64,000 bases of DNA from Anthoceros angustus. Lineage: Eukaryota; Plantae; Anthocerotophyta. Made by a program: the position numbers and the translations under genes. This document shows positions 11,893-22,876 of this stretch, piece by piece (positions within the stretch are counted from its first letter, which is position 1; every line of letters begins with the position of its first letter). The stretch lies in the NCBI GenBank assembly GCA_010909165.1, contig MU008195.1, forward strand, positions 434,001-498,000, written 5' to 3'. Below the pieces are notes generated by a model. It did not search any database, was not told where the DNA came from, and saw only the letters and a program-made list of their open reading frames with translations.

Positions 11893-12869
11893 CTCAAAAG
11901 CTGTGTGAAGGGGACAAGCAAGGCCCTAGGCAAGGACAAGGAAGAAGAAGAAGATGTCTCTAGTCCAGTAAAGGACTGATGACGGTCATGGAACAAGAGA
12001 AACAGACTTCGAAATTCCGAAACTGCTCGGCAAAACGCTAGACGTTGTGAGGCTGGTAGGCCAGGTTGGGTGCACACTGCACACCGGGGTGGCACATATA
12101 GGCCGCCGGGGACGTGAGGTTGGTGATTGCTCCCTATCTGTTGAACAACTCACACTTCCTGCGTGTGACCTCTACTTCGTCTTGCAGGGCTGTCACAGAT
12201 TGTGTCAGGGTTACCCTCTAACCTCGTGGATGCCTGGCGGCTCAAATTCATGCCAATCCGTCCCTATCGAGAGGTAATCCATGCGAATCATGGTGCTACG
12301 GCCTGCACACCTTCCACCGAGAGCTAGCACTGAAATGGCTTCCTAACACCGATGATGGACACACGACAAGAAGCTCACCAGGCTGTGTGTCTGATCATCC
12401 CCGTACGCCCGATACCGGTTCAGCTCCCTTGTTCCTTCCCCCTGTAGGATACCGATCAGCATCTAGGGAAGGTGGTGTGAAAGCGTTCCTTCTTGTAGGA
12501 TATCAGTTCGCAATTAGGAAGGTGCCATGAACTCGTTGCTGTCAAGGGTTTGTTCGAGAATATGGCCCACCCACCAGGAGTTAAGATAACCAAGGAACTG
12601 ACGAAAACTCCGTGAGGGGAAGCCAAAGCCAGGCGATCTTTGGGAAGAGTTTCACCTCGTAAAATGCTTTCCCAAAGGCTAGAGAACTTAGGGATGTGAG
12701 AGGCATGTGAAAAGAGACACATCTCTGCGAGAAGAGCCAGCGCACTAAAAAGAGAACATATCTAATTCAGATATTTCCACAAGCGGATTTCACATTCTGC
12801 AGCAAGGGAGCAAAGCTTGCAAACACGTTCATCCTGATGAGGCGCACGCTTAAGCCAAAATTAAAGAGT

Positions 12870-13035
12870 GTTGCAGGCACAATCAGCTACTGGAACACTG
12901 AGAACACAAAGTGCAGCCTTGTTCTGGACGACAATCCCAGGCTGGTCGACTTTGTAGAGTTGCCTGAAACATGCCAGGGGCTTTATTACTTTAATGGGTT
13001 GTGCGGTGTGATACGAGGAGCTCGTGAAATGCTGT
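12870..13035 (+). pseudogene. BET3: BET3/TRAPPC3 gene fragment
   Basis: [48 protein letters not shown] resembles plant BET3 ([39 protein letters not shown]). No N- or C-terminus is present. Confidence 0.85.
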
Positions 13036-13143
13036 GTCTTTCACCCACTTTTTTTCACTTGCTGGAAGTTCGTCTTTGTTTGTGAAAAGCGCCAAGACTG
13101 CAAGTCTCTTTGACAGATCTCAAATGTGAAGTTCGTTCCAATG

Positions 13144-13325
13144 GAGGCTTTCGTGGCTCGGAAGTAGCGAACGCGTTGGAGGAGACCGAATTTCATTCTG
13201 AAGCTTCGACATCTTGAGCGACCGGCTGAAGGTTTTCTCCAACTGGCCCACGTAGGACCCCCAAATTGTATCAACCATGGGGAGCTGCTCGGCGGCTGTG
13301 ACATTGTGCTTGAGATGAAGAAGAA
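13144..13325 (+). pseudogene. Monothiol (CGFS-class, GRXS17-like) glutaredoxin fragment with frameshifts and a stop
   Basis: Read across frames: GFRGSEVANALEET / SFDILSDRLKVFSNWPT* / GELLGGCDIVLEMKKN. Confidence 0.8.
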
Positions 13326-13504
13326 TCGGAGAGGTGGAGGCGTTCAAAGCTCAACAGTTTGATGCCCATGGGCATCAAACCTTTCTCTTCTGTATTTATG
13401 CTTCAGACATACAGTGATGACACAAGGTAGTGTACTAACAGAGGCTTGTCGCCTCTCAGCGGCAAGCTTTTACATGTGTGTGCAATAGCGCACAAAGTTA
13501 CAAC

Positions 13505-13804
13505 TTACGGGACACTGCAACTCTGAATGGGCATTGCAAAACCAACCGACACGCAAGATGCGATGATCGCCGCCAGCGTGTTCCGCACTCGGGAATCACC
13601 GTTCATCCGACACAAGCAACCGTAGATGCCATCTATGGTGACACAGCAGTTATAGGCGTTCGTCGCGTTTGCGCTAATGCTAAAATCCACGCAAGCCGCA
13701 AGTCCAGGCAAGTAAGTGTAACACTCCTGGGCGAACGCTCCATGAGGCGCCACTGCCACAATCAACAGAGCTGTCCATGCAGCCAACTTCACGTAAGGCG
13801 ACAT
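13505..13804 (-). CDS. Secreted 8CM nsLTP-like protein, copy 2, 99 aa
   Basis: Signal peptide MSPYVKLAAWTALLIVAVAPHGAFA, then C-x9-C-x14-CC-x8-CLC-x18-C-x11-C. Confidence 0.85.
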   Translation of the reverse strand: MSPYVKLAAWTALLIVAVAPHGAFAQECYTYLPGLAACVDFSISANATNAYNCCVTIDGIYGCLCRMNGDSRVRNTLAAIIASCVSVGFAMPIQSCSVP

Positions 13805-14444
13805 CTCAAAAACCTGTGGGAAGGGGACAAGGCCCGAGACAAGGAGGAACAGAAGAAAGAGACTCCGAATTTCCGAAACTGCTCAGCCAGACGCTGGACG
13901 TTGTGACGCTGGTGGACGAGGTTGGAGCACACTGGACACCGGAGGAGAACTTGTAGGCCGGCGGGGAAACGAGTAGGTGATTGCTCCTTCTCTGTTGAAC
14001 AACTCATGCTTCCTGCGTGAGAGCTCCACTTCGCGCGGTAAGGACTGTCACAAACTGTTTCAGTGTAACCTTCTGATACCTGGCAGCTCAAATTCAAACC
14101 ACTCCGTCACTATCGAGACTCAGGTAATCCATGCGAATCATGGCGCTACGGCCTGCACACCTTCCACCGAGAGAGCTTGGCTCCCTAACACCGATGACGG
14201 ACACAGGACAAGAAGCTCACCAGGCTATGTATCTAATCATCCCCGTGAACGCGATACCTTGTTTCTTCCCCCAGTAAGATATCACTCAGCAACTAGTGAA
14301 GTGTCGTGAAGTTGTTACCGTCAAGGGTTTGTTCGAAAAATATGGCTCACCTGGAGGAAGATAACTAAGAAACGGACAAAAAGTCTGTAAGGGAAGGCCG
14401 AAGATATCCGATCTTTGGGAAGAGCTTCATCTCATCAAATGCAT

Positions 14445-14740
14445 TGCCTATCAGCTGCAGGCCAATGGGAAGCCCTCTACTTCCTCCTTCGAATCAACAT
14501 GCTACTGCTGGTGCTGGCAGACCAGCCAAATTCACGTTCTCCTACAGAGGTTAGCAGCGAACGCGAGGAACTGGGGAATTTGTTTGTTGCAAGAAACGGG
14601 TCTGACAAGTGGCCCCTGAAGCTTCAAGCTCTGCTCACCGTCAAGAGGTCGCCAACATCCATTGCCAGTGGGTTCATGTGCTTTCTCACCTGCATTAGCA
14701 GCAGCAGCAACAGGGGCCTCAACCAGACTGCTTTGGCTTT
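14445..14740 (-). pseudogene. Duplicated 3' fragment of GatA amidase, with its intron
   Basis: NPLAMDVGDLLT|intron GTGAGC..TGTAG|ENVNLAGLPAPAVAC*FEGGSRGLPIGLQLIG. It is homologous to 16055-16340. Confidence 0.8.
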
Positions 14741-14802
14741 ACAGCCGAAAAACCCTACGGGATTCAGTAGGTAGTACTTCTCTACCCTGAAAACACTAGG
14801 AA

Positions 14803-14870
14803 CCCGAAATTGTATCACAATGGGGAGATGCTCGGCGGGTGTGACATTGTACTAGGATCAAGAAATTGGA
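14803..14870 (+). pseudogene. Second glutaredoxin C-terminal fragment
   Basis: PKLYHNGEMLGGCDIVLG, a DNA homolog of 13260-13325. Confidence 0.7.
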
Positions 14871-15243
14871 GACCTGAAGGTGTTCAAACTTTAACCGTTT
14901 AAAGCTCTATACCTAAGCGCCCTAAGGGTGGATCAGAAGCTGGGATGGGGTTCATTCGTTTTTAGTGGATTTATATTACTTTGCAATATCCCCTAGAGGG
15001 AAGATGGATGATATCAAAAATTCATGTCCTCCCACCTTCACCTTGTGGGCGCGTCGGAAGAGTTCTTTTGCGCGAGACTATCCTAAAAGTGAAGTAAAGT
15101 GAATACCCTTGGGCATCAAAATCCATATCCTTTCCATCCTACATTTGTACTTAAATATTAACACATGAGGTAGGTAGTATACTAACATAGGCTTGTCGCC
15201 TCTCAGCGGCAAGCTGTACATGAGCTGACAGTAATCGCGCTCC

Positions 15244-15549
15244 TTATGGGATATCACAACTCGGAAAGGGAATTGTAAAACCACCCGCCAAGCAACATGT
15301 GATGAGCGCCGCCAGCGTGCTCTCCACACGGGGATCACCGTGGCCGGGAGTATCACACAAGCAACTGTAGACGTCTTGTAAGCAGAGACAGCACTCAGTC
15401 ATGTCTGCCTTGGATCCGCTGGAGTTGAAGTTCACGCAATCCTCGATTCCAGGTATGAAGTAAGCGTAACACTCTTCGCCCCCGGCGGACGCATAAGGCG
15501 CCACTGCTACGATCAACAGAGCTGCAGCCAGCTTTATGTAAGGCGACAT
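15244..15549 (-). CDS. Secreted 8CM nsLTP-like protein, copy 3, 101 aa, with two extra Cys
   Basis: ATG at 15549 (MSPYIKLAAALLIVAVAPYASA). It has the 8CM pattern plus extra Cys in CCLC and ITCC. Confidence 0.85.
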   Translation of the reverse strand: MSPYIKLAAALLIVAVAPYASAGGEECYAYFIPGIEDCVNFNSSGSKADMTECCLCLQDVYSCLCDTPGHGDPRVESTLAALITCCLAGGFTIPFPSCDIP

Positions 15550-16049
15550 CGCAAAACCTGTGTGAAGGGGACAAGGCCCGAGGCCAGGAGGAACAGGAGA
15601 AAGAGACTCCGAATTGCGAAAAGTGCTCAGACGAGGTTGTGTGCACACTACACACCGCAGTGGAAGTTGTAGGCCGGCGGGGAAATAAGGTAGGTGATTG
15701 CTCCTCCTCTGTTGAACAACTCACACTTCCTGCGTGAGGGCTCCACGTCGCGAGGTAAGGATTGTTACAGATTGTTTCAGTGTAACCTTCTGATATCTGG
15801 GAGATCAAATCCATGCCACTCCGTCCCTATCGAGAGGTAATCCATGCGAATCATTGTGCTACGGCCTGCACACCTTCCACCGGGAGCTCACTGCAATGGC
15901 TCCTAACACCGATGACGGACACAGGACACGAAGCTCGCCAGTTGTGTATCTGACCATCCCCGTATCAATTCGGAACTAGGAAGGTGCCGTGAAGTTCATG
16001 AGTCAAGGGTTTGTGCGAGAATTATGGCTCACAGGGGGTAGGGATAACT

Positions 16050-17300
16050 ACGGTTGCCTATCAGCTGCATGCCTATGAGAAGGCCTCTACTTCCTCCTTC
16101 ACTGAATCCATATGGTACTACTGGTGCTGGCAAACCAGCCAAGTTACGTCCACCTACAGAGGTGAGCAGGAAAGGGAGGGACTGGGGAATTTGTTTGCTG
16201 CAAGGAAGGGGTCTGACAATTGGCTTCAAGCTCTGCTCCCGTGAGGTCGACGTACACAGCCCGTGGGTCACCTACTTTCTCACCTGCATTAGCAGCAGCA
16301 GCAAGAGAGGCGTCAACCAGACTGTTTTAGCCTTTACAGCTTAAAAACCTGATGAGCAGAGATGCCCTTCAGTTCCCAGGAGTACTCACCAATCCGGTAA
16401 GCAGCTGTTGGTGCAACCGGCGGGCAACAGGCGACGAGAGCACCTGGATTTGTGCCAAAGCTTTCTTGAAGTACTCCTGTATCAAAGTTCTGACCTGGAA
16501 CAAGGAATGCTCAGTCTGATAGACGAGTGGAAAAGTGTGGCAAGGGAGGGAGTTAGACAGGCTATGGTGCTGACCACGTTTGTCGAAAGCATCATAGAAT
16601 CCGGCTGAAAGAGTATGTTGCCATCAAGATCCGCCCCCTGACCTGCCAGTAGAATAAGCACAAATCACTTCAAAACGAGCTTCACCATGTCAAAGCCCCG
16701 CACAAGTATTAAAGCAATCAGAAGCTATCTCAAGTCTGCATCGTGAACAAGGAAGGAGCACTGTTCACCTCATCACCAAATCTTTAGTTACCATACATGG
16801 ATAAAAATTCCTCTGTCTCAGCTACGACGCGTGTGCCATCAGCCTGAACCGTGACACTCGTCCATACGATGGCTCCAGGCCTACAGCACCACAAAACGAA
16901 GCCGGCTGCTTTGTACTACCCTCAGTATCACTTCCCCAAGCACCTGCAACCTGTTGGGCGGCAACACCTGCAGCAGAGCCTCCCGTGGAACCTGCAGCCA
17001 CTCGTGACAAGTCCCAAGGATTTGATGTCACCTGTAAACATGCCCGAGGATGGAAAACCCACATCACTGTCAGAATGCGAAATCCTGCAGCCTCATATCA
17101 AACCTGGATTCCGAGCCTGCAACGACAGTGCCTGCTTCCTTGAGCTTCCGCATGCTGTGGCATCAAACGAAGGCCGGTACCCCTGCAGAATTCCAGACCC
17201 GCCAGTGGAGGGCATATCCAGAGTGCAGAAGCACTCCTCTCCCGAGACAGGCAGGTGACCCCGGATTCTGCGAGTCTGAGATGACGCTGGGTGCACAGTC
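16050..17300 (-). pseudogene. GATA: Decayed Glu-tRNA(Gln) amidotransferase subunit A (GatA) gene with introns and an internal deletion
   Basis: Segments appear in order: CTLDMPSTGGSGILQGYRPSFDATA; [59 protein letters not shown]; RILMATY/AGFYDAFDKRGQ; VRTLIQEYFKKAL/VAPTAAYRI; NLAGLPAPVVPYGFSEGGSRGLLIGMQLIG. There are frameshifts and the central part of the protein is missing. Confidence 0.85.
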
Positions 17301-18429
17301 TCCGGACCCTCGGTCGCCCCGGCGGCTGGGACAATGCTGCTTCTGTTCAGGCATCGCCCAAGCTGGTTCTTCGGGAACCCACCTCCCCAACTCTTGCACA
17401 GAGAAGCCTGCCTCATCTGCAGATGGACAGTGACTTGGACTCGGATGCCAAGGTCCATTGCTAGTGCGCAAGCGCAATGTGTGCAAATGCAAAAGTGAAG
17501 ATTTCCACTGGTAACATTGCTGCGTTTGCCCAACAATCCAGCACAACGAACAGAGAAGGGCTAACTAACGCTATTGAGGAGGTGATATGTTCCAGTACTT
17601 ATACCAACCTGATACGCCCCAGTACTTATGCGGAGGGCCTGCATGGTGGTGTAGGCCTGTAGGGTATCTTTTGGTCCAGATGATAGTGAGACTACCTTAC
17701 TAGAGAAGCCACGGAATTTGGCAAATTTCGGATGCTGGTTCTATGCTGCGCACGTCTCATGAGGTCTCCGGATTGGCAAGCCTGTGGACGTGAATATGAT
17801 TGTTGTTGTGTGGTTGCACAAATGTGTACATGTGCCTCATCACAAACATACTGGAAGTTGAGAGCAAGTAGGCGTACTTTTTTTTAACCCCTAATGGACG
17901 GAGGGGTTTTTCCCCATTGTTTTTTATGGATAATTGTTGGATAATAAGGGAGGGGCTTGTCAATTTTCCTGTTTTTTCTGGACTCCACGACAATTACGAG
18001 CAGCTTGGGTTTCCCTCCACAAGACTACCCCGCATTGCTTGCCCATGTCTTGTGTTTCTTGGATACAAATTGATACATGATTCGAGGTTGTAAAACTTGG
18101 GGACGGTTTGGGGAATCTTTCGCTAGTTTGCACAATGCTGATCGGATCGTGTTGAGAAAACTTGGGCAGGCGTGAAGACTGGTGCCCTCTTTCTTGCCAT
18201 GCAATTACATTGTTCAGTTTTGAAACACAGAGAATCATACATTTTTCAGAGCGGTGCTCAACTCTGGTCTCTTTAACACAGAAGCCCACGTAGAGTTCCA
18301 AAGCATCTGATGGAATCTTTGGCTTAGAATGCCGCTGGTGTGTGCATCGGAGTGCTAAAATTTTTGCCCATTGAGTTGAAAAATAGCTCATTGCCTTCTT
18401 CACATTGTGTCAAAAGCATCCTCTAAGGG

Positions 18430-19000
18430 CCATGAAACAAAAAAGATTTGGCCGTTCTTCGATGCAAAAGACTCAAATGACTTGCTTCATCCATTTGCGG
18501 TTAAAGAAAGAGGAGATGGGTGAACCCATCTACTAAAGAACATCAAAGGGAGACTTCAAGGGTCACAGTAAAGGAGGAGCAACTAAGCTCCATGTCTAAA
18601 CTCACCTATAGCGCCTACAACGTTGCCCCATAAGTCTACGAGGCAAGCGGAATGAGGAGGTGGCCTACTTGCATTCCCCTATACTTAGTAACCTTGGAAG
18701 CCGTCGTTCCACCTCCCACCCAACCTGGACGATTCAAAGGTGGATTTCCATGTAGGGCCAGTAACCACCACATCTACCACCGAGACTTGGTCCCACAAAC
18801 GAGCTACAAATCGTCTGACCTGTACCTAAAGCATACAACACTCCCTCCAAGCTATATAGCCAGTTTCACAAGCCATTGTAAACATAAGGTCGCGAATGGC
18901 ATCATGGATGACAATACGTTAACCCTCATTGGGACAATAAACAAAATACGTCGCACATGCATCCCGGGAAAAACCACATTCACAATAAGAAGTGAGGAAG
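18430..19000 (-). mobile_element. 3' remnant of an RLE-type (CRE-like) non-LTR retrotransposon
   Basis: The minus-strand translation gives CECGFSRDACATYFVYCPNEG*RIVIHDAIRDLMFTMACETGYIAWRE...VVDVVVTGP, then ASKVTKYRGMQVGHLLIPLAS*TYG. This is the zinc knuckle, HD, E/D/DV and KxxKY pattern of restriction-like endonuclease LINEs. Confidence 0.7.
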
Positions 19001-19102
19001 CCATGGCTGAACCAAACTAAGACCAGCCAAGAATTTTGAATATTCAAAAATTTAACAAAATTACAAAAGTACAAACAAAAGAGGCTTTATTAGAGGAAAA
19101 AA

Positions 19103-19300
19103 GATGGTGTGAGCCCACCTACATTTGCAAGCCCAACATAGAGGACTTCAAGAGTCAAATTAAGAGGGAGCAACTAAGCTTTGAATATAAAATTGCCTAG
19201 CCTAGCTCCACAGCATCATGATTGGGTAGATTAAAAGGCTACGGAAGATGAATCACTTGTTGTCGTTGCTTTCCTTAGAGTGGCTCCTCCGTCCTCCGGC
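19103..19300 (-). repeat. Short dispersed copy of the RLE-LINE 3' segment
   Basis: gatgg..gacttcaagagtc..ggagcaactaagct motif series, plus the downstream tcacttgttgtcg shared with ~36040. Confidence 0.6.
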
Positions 19301-19450
19301 CTCATATACCTCAATCGCATTTTGTCAACTGTATACCTAGGAGTAACAATATCTCGTGCGAGCTCACTTTTTCCATTCTTGTTTTTAGGTTATAGACTAA
19401 CTTTCTTTAAGAGAGAAAGAAACTCTTAAAGTCTAATATTATATAGGAGT

Positions 19451-20731
19451 CTACCAGGCTACCATAAAAACCCAAAGGCAAATGCACAACATACTGGAAA
19501 GAAATGATCCCTTTATCAACTTTTGCGCATGGTTGTGATCTGTAGGTTCTATTGGTTGAGACCAATCAGGAGGTTGAGACCAATCGGGAGGTTGAGCAGG
19601 AAGTGGTGCTGCGAAGGTTGAACAGCTCAAATTGTATTTTGGGTAACCTAACACATTAGCCAACCCCCAATACTGCTCGAATCCACCTGGTTGTGTGGAC
19701 TTCATGTCTTCGTCTAGTAGTCCAAATATAAAGGCTTCTATAGGTTGGTTTGGTCTTAATGGAGTACCTATGTCATTATTAAGGTAATCGCACAAACCTT
19801 GATTGAATCGTTTTGCATTAGTTACATTGGCAGTAGAGTCGTAACCATCTGTCGGCCATCCTATCTCACCCACAATTATTTTCATATCTCCACATGCTAC
19901 GTTTGTTAATGCACCTACAAACATATCATAAGTTGCTGCAAAGTCATTGGTGTAGTTATAACTATTTATATAATTGCCATCAAAAAAAGCAAAAGGGATA
20001 GGAAAGTTATCACTATAAGTAGTATCAAGGAATGGATATATATCTACAGTAAACACTCCATCAATTGAGTATAGGAACTGAACAATGTCCGTCATCAATG
20101 TTGTATAGTTTGCATTGAAAGTTGCATTTGACGGTGGTCCATCAAATTTTGATATAATATCTCCGTTGAATGGAATAGTAACAGTGACTACATTATCAAG
20201 ATGACATTGTACTAAAGCATGATAAATATTTTCCGTTGCTGGCAGCAATACGTCTGCATATTTATCATTATAAGCACCTAGTAACGGTTTGTTGCCAACA
20301 CCAACTAATCTGCAAAATATATTGAATTTAGTAAAAAAAATTAGATTCTATATTTACAAATAAAAATATAAGTTAATAAAAAATACTTACGAGATATTTG
20401 CTCCTCGTAAACGGTAATGTAAAATATAATTTTCAACCCAATTCAAAGCAAAATCATTACTTGTAGCAAGATATTGCAAATCGTCATTACTACACTGAAT
20501 CATCACTTCAAGATCCGGATTCTTCGTAAATTCGTGTAATATTGTTTCATTTGGCCCATAAAGCTTCACTTTATCGAATCCATATGATTTTATGAGTTCA
20601 ATGCCGTCACTTGGATCGAGAACATAAGTTGACAATGACCCCCAATTGACTCCAATTCCTTGGACTTGAGAGATAGTTGAGAGTAGAATGATAGTCGGGA
20701 CCAACAAAAGGAGAAATCTAAGAGAGTACAT
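19451..20731 (-). CDS. GH17 beta-1,3-glucanase-like protein 1, 2 exons, with a GPI/TM tail and acid/base Glu replaced by Lys
   Basis: Exons 20731-20391 and 20309-19451 (phase-2 intron GTAAGT..TGCAG). It has a signal peptide, GIGVNWG, FDKVKLY, VGVGNKP, VTIPFNGDI, IIVGEIGWPTDG, FIFGLLDEDMK and YWGL, then a Pro-rich linker and a hydrophobic C-terminus. There is no X8 domain. Confidence 0.93.
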
Positions 20732-21081
20732 TGTTGTTAAAATTTCAAGGCAAAACCTCAGTAAAAATCATAATCGTATTGATGCAAACCAAGTTGCTCT
20801 GAATACAAAATAAGAGTCAAGTGCTTATATCACCAACAACCGCATAATATGGGTCTCATTGACGAGCCCTTTGACCCCTTTATGAAGGGATATTGGCCCA
20901 ATCAAACTTAGAATAATAATAATAATAATAGTAGATATAGTTGTTTCTATATTATTCCTATCCATAGGACTATATTATCCTTTAACACTCTATGTGGAAA
21001 ATGGTATTATCCTTTAACACTCTAAGTTTAGAATAGTAGTTATTGTAAGAGCAACTCGACCTTATGTGTTCAGTTATTGAC

Positions 21082-21310
21082 TGGCTACTCTTTTAGTCCG
21101 AGACTAGTAATTTTCACTCAATAGGAACGAGACTACCCATGTCCGAGTCGTAATAAGTCACTTTTGATATGAATCTCCTCTCTATTATAGATAATGGGCT
21201 ACTGTTTTAGTCCAAGATTAGTAATTTTCACTTGACAGGAACAAGACTACCTATGTCTGAACTGTGATAAGTCACTTTTGATATGAATCTCCTCTCTATT
21301 ATCTATAATA
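21082..21310. repeat. ~116-bp tandem duplication
   Basis: ggctact..ttttagtcc..gactagtaattttcact...aagtcacttttgatatgaatctcctctctattat occurs twice. Confidence 0.85.
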
Positions 21311-21674
21311 TTTCATGGGATGGCAAATCCCTAGAAAAATCGGAGGATTGGGACCAATATCTACGGCGATAGCCAATCCTAAACTTTGTTTTATAGGTGA
21401 GGACTAGAGTCAAAACATGGTCAAAATGAAGTCTTCGTGTCAGTGTGATCTTGCCTCCTCTCAATTGAAAGACATGCTTTTGGTTAGGAAGTGCTCTCAG
21501 CAATTGGGATAGTTTTTGTGATAAAGACTGTTTGAGTAGAAGAAAAGCCTCAACCGTGCTGTATGATCAGGTTAGTTGGATTGAAAAAGGTGTAAGTAGT
21601 GTGGATGAGAAGGCCGTTATCAAGCTGAAGAATGAATTGGATAGCCTCACTTCATCTCTAAGCAGTAGTAGCAA

Positions 21675-21840
21675 GACCAAGCTAATCCTCGAAACTATTC
21701 CTTGGCCTTGTATGTTTAGAAGTTTGTAGACCAAGCTAGTCCACTACCTATTCCTTGGCCTTGTATGTTCAGGAGTTTGTAACCAAGCTAGTCCTCACTA
21801 ACTATTCCTTGACCTTGTATGTTCAAGAGTGTGTAGAATT
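21675..21840. repeat. 3 x ~52-bp tandem repeat
   Basis: accaagcta.tcc...ctattccttggccttgtatgtt..gagtttgta occurs three times. Confidence 0.85.
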
Positions 21841-22876
21841 GCTGATTTAAGTTATGTTCTCTACATGAAAAAGTTGTTCTAAGTGTTTGTTTTACTTTTT
21901 GCTTTTTGTGGAAGGTAGTACCACTTAGGAAGAACTCTCACGGAGGATTGTTGATTTAAATTGTATTTCTATACCGAGTGTCTATTTTACTTTCTACTTT
22001 TTTGGAGGGCAGTCTTTTGCTGATTTCAGCTGTGTTCTCTCCATTTTCTCTATAAAGAAAAATGGTTGTAAGTGCATACGTTACTTTTTAAGAAGGTAGT
22101 GTCACACGGTGTTAATTTCAGTTGTGCTTGTTTTACTTTTTTGGTTAGTTGTGCCTACCTCACGTTCTTGGAGGTAGTCTCGCACAGTGATAGTTGTGTC
22201 AGCTTTACTTTTTTGGAGGGTACGTTGATTGCAGTTGTGTTCTCTGCATGGAAAAGTCGTTCTAAGTGCCTGCTTTATTTTTTACTTTTTTGGAGGATAG
22301 TCTGCGCGAAAGAACACTCACGTAATACCACCCCTTGTGGTATGTTGATTTGTCTGCAGCTGGGAGATCAGAATGGCTTGTCTTGATTACTGTGTTGGCT
22401 CGATATTCATCTTGGTCATCTTGGTTGCTGGAGTTCTTGGTGTCCAAAGCTCAGGTTCCTCATTCCGAGGAGACCACATTGACTCCAAAGTCATCGTTTG
22501 TATTTTTTCAGTGTTCTTTTGGAGAAACATGTCCTAGCATAAGAGAAGGACTACAGTTTGCTGAGTAAGTTTTGGAGGTTGCATTTGCGAGAGGAGATCT
22601 GTGAGCACCATGCAGCAGATTTCTTTTTGAAAGCGAAACTGTACACAAACTTTATTGAAGAATTAAAAGAATTAAAAACGTCCCCTACGAAAGGGGCAGG
22701 CCAGCGAAACAAAACGTAGGAGTTACCAGGGGCAGCAGATTGAACATGATGTTTGTCTCTTGTGAGTCACTGTGTGCCTGTGTGGTCTATTCGAGCTTCT
22801 GCTGCAGACTCAGAATGAAATAGTCTGTACGAACAAGAAACGTAGCAACCTTACCCATCTCAAGCAATCTTACAAA

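Larger units (their letters stand above)
11430..16040. repeat. Three tandem ~1.7-2 kb segmental units, each carrying one 8CM gene and a conserved upstream region
   Basis: Shared blocks such as ccatgcgaatcat(g/t)g(t/c)gctacggcctgcac, cctaacaccgatga(t/c)ggacac and gtcaagggtttgt recur at ~12280-12560, ~14130-14340 and ~15840-16020. Confidence 0.9.

Noticed and set aside
12835-12862. Hammerhead ribozyme core (CTGATGA-GGC..GCC-AAAA)
   Set aside because: The required GAAA is absent, there are no stem I/III partners, and it abuts the BET3 fragment.
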